A DNA stretch of 12,263 bases from Armatimonadota bacterium (GTDB lineage: Bacteria; Sysuimicrobiota; Sysuimicrobiia; Sysuimicrobiales; Humicultoraceae): assembly GCA_037446215.1 (NCBI GenBank), contig JBBIJB010000066.1, positions 1-12,263 on the forward strand, given 5' to 3'. The position numbers and the translations under genes were made by a program. This document shows positions 8,747 to 12,263 of the stretch, one piece after another. The notes beneath the pieces are model-generated. The model was not told the origin of the DNA. It searched no databases and saw only the letters and a list, made by a program, of their open reading frames with translations. Position 1 is the first letter of the stretch. Each line of letters opens with the position of its first letter.

Positions 8747-10204
8747 ATGGGCACCTATCGTCGTACCAAGATAGTAGCCACAATCGGCCCGGCCTCGCAG
8801 GACTCGGCCGCGCTGCGCGGGGTCATAGGTGCCGGCGCGGACGTCCTGCGGCTCAACCTCTCGCACGGCACCCTCGAGGAGCACTCCAGAAGGCTGGAGG
8901 CTATCCGGCAGGTTGCACAGGAGAGCCCGCGGCCGGTAGCGGTGCTCGCGGACCTGCCCGGGCCCAAGCTTCGGATAGGGCCACTGCCCGGCGGGGCGCT
9001 TCAATTGGAGCAGGGTGACGAGGTCAGGCTGGTGGAGGGCGACGACTCCCCCCCTCCCGAGGTCACCGGGACGATTTCTGTTGCCTACCCGGGGCTGGCC
9101 GACGATGTCAGGCCGGGGGACAGGATCTCCCTACAGGACGGCGAGATCGGACTGTCGGTACTCCAGGCGATTCCTGGGCTTGTCAGGTGCGCAGTTGAGG
9201 CGGGCGGCCTGCTTCGCGAGCGGGTCGGGCTGAACGTGCCCGGCGTGCGCCTGGGCCTACCCGCGCTGACCGACTACGATCTGCGCTGCCTGGAGTGGGG
9301 GGTCGCCGGGGGAGTGGACTACATCGGCCTCTCGTTCGTGGAGGGGCCGGACGAGATCCTCTCCGTGAGGGAGCGCATCCGCTCCCTGGAAGGGACGGCC
9401 GGGATCGTCGCCAAGATAGAGCGTCGCCGAGCGCTGGATCGCATAGAGGAGATAGTACGGGCGGCCGACGCTGTGATGGTGGCCCGGGGCGACCTGGCCG
9501 TGGAGACCTCGATAGAGGAAGTACCGGTGGTCCAGAAGAGGATCATCGGGCTGTGCAACGCCCACGGCAGGCCTGTTGTGACCGCAACGCAGATGCTGGA
9601 GAGCATGGTGAGCCGTCCGCGGCCGACCAGGGCAGAAGCCGCCGATGTCGCCAACGCGGTCTTCGACGGGACCGACGCGCTGATGCTCTCGGCCGAGACG
9701 GCCATAGGCAGCTACCCCGTGGCGGCAGTGGCCACGATGGCCTCGGTGGCGTCGGCCGCGGATGCCGCCCTGCCCTACGATCACCTCCTGGACGCCCGGG
9801 GGCGCGAGCAGACCGATGAGGTCAGCGGGGCGATCGCGCTGGCGGCGTGCGAGGCCGCCGAGGCGATCGGCGCGGCCGCAATCGTGGCCGCCACCGAGTC
9901 CGGCAGCACGGCCCGCCGCGTCTCCCGCCTGAGGCCTCGTCGGCCCGTGGTGGCCGTTACCCCGAACCCGGTGACCTGGAGGCAGCTGGCGCTGGTCTGG
10001 GGCGTGAGGGCGGTGCTCACTGACCAGGTGGAAGACCTGGAGGAGCTCATAGACGGCGGGGGGCGGGCCGCGGTCGCGCTGGGCGACGCCGCCGTCGGCG
10101 ACCTGGTCGTCGTGACCGCCGGGGTGCCCATAATGCAGCCGGGTACGACGAACTTCCTCAAGGTGGTGCGGGTGGAAGGGCGTCACGTCGAGGGAGGTAA
10201 GTGA
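8747..10204 (+). CDS. pyk: Pyruvate kinase
   Basis: RRTKIVATIGPAS, RLNLSHG, DLPGPKLR, LSFV, IVAKIE, VMVARGDL, ATQMLESM..RPRPTRAEAADVANAVFDGTDALMLSAETAIGSYPV, TESGSTAR, GTTN; SD upstream. Confidence 0.98.
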   Translation: MGTYRRTKIVATIGPASQDSAALRGVIGAGADVLRLNLSHGTLEEHSRRLEAIRQVAQESPRPVAVLADLPGPKLRIGPLPGGALQLEQGDEVRLVEGDDSPPPEVTGTISVAYPGLADDVRPGDRISLQDGEIGLSVLQAIPGLVRCAVEAGGLLRERVGLNVPGVRLGLPALTDYDLRCLEWGVAGGVDYIGLSFVEGPDEILSVRERIRSLEGTAGIVAKIERRRALDRIEEIVRAADAVMVARGDLAVETSIEEVPVVQKRIIGLCNAHGRPVVTATQMLESMVSRPRPTRAEAADVANAVFDGTDALMLSAETAIGSYPVAAVATMASVASAADAALPYDHLLDARGREQTDEVSGAIALAACEAAEAIGAAAIVAATESGSTARRVSRLRPRRPVVAVTPNPVTWRQLALVWGVRAVLTDQVEDLEELIDGGGRAAVALGDAAVGDLVVVTAGVPIMQPGTTNFLKVVRVEGRHVEGGK

Positions 10205-11917
10205 TGGCAGAAGCGGTCGATCTCAGGCGGCGGTTTCCCAGGAGGTTCGTCCCGGCCGAGGCCGACATGGGCGACTTCGCGCAGATCGAGCCCTCCTTCA
10301 GGAGGCTGCTCGACGCCGCGATCGACTCCCCCGAGGCCCTCGAGCAGTGGCTGGAGGACGCCAGCGAGCTGGCCTCGGTGATAGACGAGGAACGGGCGCG
10401 CCGCTACGTCGAGATGACCTGTCAGACCGACGACCCCGCGCGCGAGAAGGCCTATCTCCATTTCATCGAGCATATCGCGCCCAGGGTCAAGCCGCTGGGC
10501 CACGCCCTCGACGCCTTCTTCATCGGCTCCCCGCACAGGAAGATGCTCCCGGCGCGCTACGCCCACCTCGACAGGATCGTCACCAACCGCGCAGCGCTGT
10601 TCAGGCCCGAGAACGTGCCCCTCGAGACCGAGGAGGCGAAGCTGAAGCAGCAGTACCAGAAGATCACAGGCGCGATGACGGTGGTCTTCCGTGGGAAGGA
10701 GCACACCCCTCAGCAGATGGCGCCCTACCTGGAGGAGACCGACCGGGCGGTGCGCGAGGAGGCCTGGCGGCTGGTGGCGGAGCGCCGCCTCCAGGATAGG
10801 GAGCGGTTGGACGAGCTGTTCGAGCGGCTCATCGAGCTGCGCGGGCAGATCGCGGCGAACGCGGGCTGTTCCGACTACCGCGACTACTCCTTCAGGAAGC
10901 GCGAGCGGTTCGACTACACGCCACAGGACTGCCTGAGGTTCCACGACGCCATCGAGAAGACGGCGCTGCCTCTGGTGCGCCGGCTGCGACGCGAGCGCAG
11001 GCAGGCGCTTGGCCTGGAGATCCTCCGCCCCTGGGACCTGGAGGTGGACCCGCTCGGCAGGGACCCGCTCCGGCCGTTCTCGGGAGCAGCCGAGCTGGTC
11101 GGAGGCGTGACCGAGATCTTCACGCGTGTCGACCCGGAGCTGGGCGGCCAGTTCAGGTCCCTCGACGCCGAGGGCCTCCTGGACCTCGAGAGCCGCAAGG
11201 GCAAGGCCCCGGGCGGCTACCAGAGCACGATGCAGGAGCGGCGCGTGCCGTTCATCTTCATGAACGCGGTGGGGCTCGACAGCGACGTCCGCGTCCTGCT
11301 TCACGAGGGAGGCCATGCCTTCCACATGCTGGCAGCCCGCGGCGAGCCGCTCATCGACTACCGAAACGCCCCGCTGGAGTTCGCGGAGGTCGCCTCTATG
11401 GCAATGGAGCTGCTGGCCGCGCCCCACCTCGACGTCTTCTACGACTCGCAGGCAGACGCCGCCCGCTCCTACAGGGAGATGCTGGAACGGACCATCATGG
11501 TCTTCCCCTGGGTCGCGACGATAGACGCCTTCCAGCACTGGATCTACACGCATCCGGGGCACTCACGGGCCGATCGCGAGGAGGCGTGGATCGCGGTCTT
11601 CCGCAGGTTCGCGCCGGAGATCGACTACGGCGGCCGCGAGGAGGTAGAGGCGAGCCTCTGGCACCGGCAGCTCCACCTGTTCCTTCTACTACGTCGAGTA
11701 CGCGATCGCCGAACTTGGCGCCCTACAGGTCTGGCGGGGTGCCGCCAGGGACGGCGCGGCGGCGGTCCGCCGCTACAGGGATGCCCTGGCGTTGGGTGGG
11801 AGCCGCCCGCTGCCCGAGCTGTTCGCGGCGGCAGGGGCGGAGTTCGACTTCACAGAGAAGACCCTGGCGCCTCTGATGTCGGCGATCGCCGAGGAGATGG
11901 CGGGGACAAGGGCGTAG
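10204..11917 (+). CDS. M3-family oligoendopeptidase (PepF/M3B-like), frameshifted at about 11683 (pseudogene or sequence error)
   Basis: RFDYTP, LRPWD, LDLESRKGKAPGGY, PFIFMN, zinc motif LLHEGGHAFH (HExxH at 11302-11316), EFAEVASMAMEL, DAFQHWIY, WHRQLHLF in frame 1. Homology continues in frame 2 from 11684 (FYYVEYAIAELGALQVW...YRDALALGGSRPLPELFAAAG..FDF) to TAG 11915-11917. Start is ATG 10204 or GTG 10201, overlapping the pyk stop, with SD GGAGGT. Confidence 0.9.
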
Positions 11918-11940
11918 CCCCGGCCAGGGAAGAGCTACGC
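11912..11940. terminator. Stem-loop at the convergent peptidase / LLM junction
   Basis: GCGTAGC (11912-11918) pairs with GCTACGC (11934-11940), with inner CCC/GGG. It includes the frame-2 peptidase stop codon. Confidence 0.35.
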
Positions 11941-11953
11941 GGCCTGCTCCCGG

Positions 11954-12263
11954 CTATGCTTCACGCCGGAAGCGCGAGATAAGCGCCTGCCAGACTTCGG
12001 CCCTCCGACCGGGCACCAGGGGCTCGTAGGCGCCGATGCGGTCCGCGAGGTCGCGGTACTCCTCGGCGAGGCGTTCACCGACCTCTTCCGGCGGCCCCCA
12101 CACGGCGCAGGCGTCGAGCATCTCATCCGGAACCGCGCCGGGCATCTCGCGCCACCTGCCCTGCGACGCCAGCCCGCTGAGCCGCTGTCCGACCTCGCCC
12201 CATCCGTGGAGGTCGAGGAGGGCACGGTAGGCCTCGCCGGTCAGCGCGCCGGACTCCATCGCG
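11954..12263 (-). CDS. LLM-class (luciferase-like) flavin/F420-dependent oxidoreductase, C-terminal fragment; 5' end probably outside the window
   Basis: AYRALLDLHGWGEVGQRLSGLASQGRWREMPGAVPDEMLDACAVWGPPEEVGERLAEEYRDLADRI resembles, from memory, the C-terminus of TIGR03617-type LLM proteins. The frame is open to the window edge. Confidence 0.75.
   Translation of the reverse strand, partial: AMESGALTGEAYRALLDLHGWGEVGQRLSGLASQGRWREMPGAVPDEMLDACAVWGPPEEVGERLAEEYRDLADRIGAYEPLVPGRRAEVWQALISRFRREA

Noticed and set aside
8634..8783. 50-aa N-terminal extension of the membrane/SAM gene overlapping pyk
   Set aside because: A strong SD precedes GTG 8633 and family similarity begins there.
11684..11982. 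Frame-1 C-terminal tail of the 593-aa ORF as a novel domain
   Set aside because: It is out-of-frame read-through after the frameshift; the homologous sequence is in frame 2.

Overview
GC-rich bacterial chromosomal window with no mobile elements, RNA genes or CRISPR arrays that I can see. Left: the 3' part of a Dpp/Opp-type ABC importer operon (C-terminus of the substrate-binding protein, two permeases, two ATPases) ending in a divergent DUF1116/YlbE (AllG-like) gene with no FdrA/YlbF/carbamate kinase partner in view. Middle: a MaeB-type malic enzyme lacking the PTA domain, convergent with a membrane-domain/spermidine-synthase-like (SAM-binding) fusion gene. Right: a divergently transcribed pyk coupled to an M3-family oligoendopeptidase that is frameshifted at about 11683 (apparently an 8-nt deletion), convergent with the C-terminus of an LLM-class oxidoreductase. 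All three transcription-unit ends carry GC-rich hairpins that include a stop codon and lack U-tracts. The best candidate for an undescribed system is the ABC importer plus divergent YlbE-family enzyme, possibly a ureide/amide uptake-and-catabolism module. All family assignments come from recalled motifs, not database searches.
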